A program made the translations under genes and the position numbers. The notes under the pieces were generated by a model, which ran no database searches, was not told the origin of the DNA, and saw nothing but the letters and a program-made list of their open reading frames with translations. 55,682 nt of DNA from a virus (taxonomy: Duplodnaviria > Caudoviricetes). How positions within the stretch are numbered: the stretch's first letter is position 1; every line of letters starts with the position of its first letter. Below are positions 55,264 to 55,682 of this stretch, in pieces. The stretch lies in IMG/VR virus record IMGVR_UViG_3300036850_000029, positions 1-55,682 of that record, one strand, 5' to 3'.

Positions 55264-55670
55264 CCAAGATCCAGACAATCGAACATTTCATTCAAAAGTT
55301 CACGGCCATAAGCGACGATCAATGGTGCGAGAACAGTCTGCAAGATGCTTTTGGACGACGATGTGCCCTTGGCCATTGCCTGATAGACACCAGCCTGCCG
55401 ATCAAGGACTGTGAATCTGAACGGTTAACCGCACTGTTTCGACATTGCTTGTCCGTTCCACTTGTAAATGACGGATGCGATTCCAGGTATCAACAGCGTC
55501 ATCCGAAGCTTCGCATACTCGCCGCGTTGAACGATCTGTTGCTTAGAGAGCTTGCCGATCTCCCGTCGTCAGACCCTCAGTCTTCTGCCTCAGACGCCCC
55601 CGCTAAAACACCGCATCAAAGCCGTCCTAGAACAACGGTCGTGCGGACAACGCTGACGACGGGAGCTTGA
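55260..55670 (+). CDS. Hypothetical protein
   Basis: W......RCALGH...NDG pattern; 3' part duplicated at 1-215. Confidence 0.6.
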   Translation: MTKIQTIEHFIQKFTAISDDQWCENSLQDAFGRRCALGHCLIDTSLPIKDCESERLTALFRHCLSVPLVNDGCDSRYQQRHPKLRILAALNDLLLRELADLPSSDPQSSASDAPAKTPHQSRPRTTVVRTTLTTGA

Positions 55671-55682
55671 TTATGGCCGTAT
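55456..55682. repeat. Terminal direct repeat / circular overlap, copy 2
   Basis: Matches 1-227. Confidence 0.97.

Noticed and set aside
1-55682. Integrase, ParA/B, DNA polymerase, stop-codon recoding, introns/inteins
   Set aside because: No motifs seen; core genes are uninterrupted in the standard code, so lifestyle and host cannot be assigned from the sequence alone

Overview
The window looks like a complete, circularly assembled ~55.45 kb tailed-phage genome: bases 1-227 repeat at 55456-55682 with one mismatch. It is probably podovirus-like, with large internal/ejection proteins and adaptor/nozzle-like genes but no tape measure or sheath. It has a lambdoid-type recombination/replication arm (Sak4-like ATPase, RecE-like nuclease, initiator with internal iterons, DnaC-like loader) and two convergent arrays of small early genes. 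The morphogenesis genes are split into three differently oriented blocks, and a terS-like gene lies ~30 kb from terL. No integrase, DNA polymerase, reverse transcriptase or CRISPR array was seen. Strongest unusual signals: (1) candidate structured antisense RNAs (two three-way junctions sharing CCUCAUAA and UCCUU, plus a tRNA-shaped RNA) complementary to phage translation-start regions; (2) a glycosyltransferase/methyltransferase set inside the head operon; (3) three tandem paralogous HxH metal-needle proteins; (4) a lone receiver-domain protein coupled to a holin-like gene; (5) a second initiator-like gene with its apparent iteron/linker segment outside the gene and inverted. All functional calls come from motif recognition by eye, not database searches.
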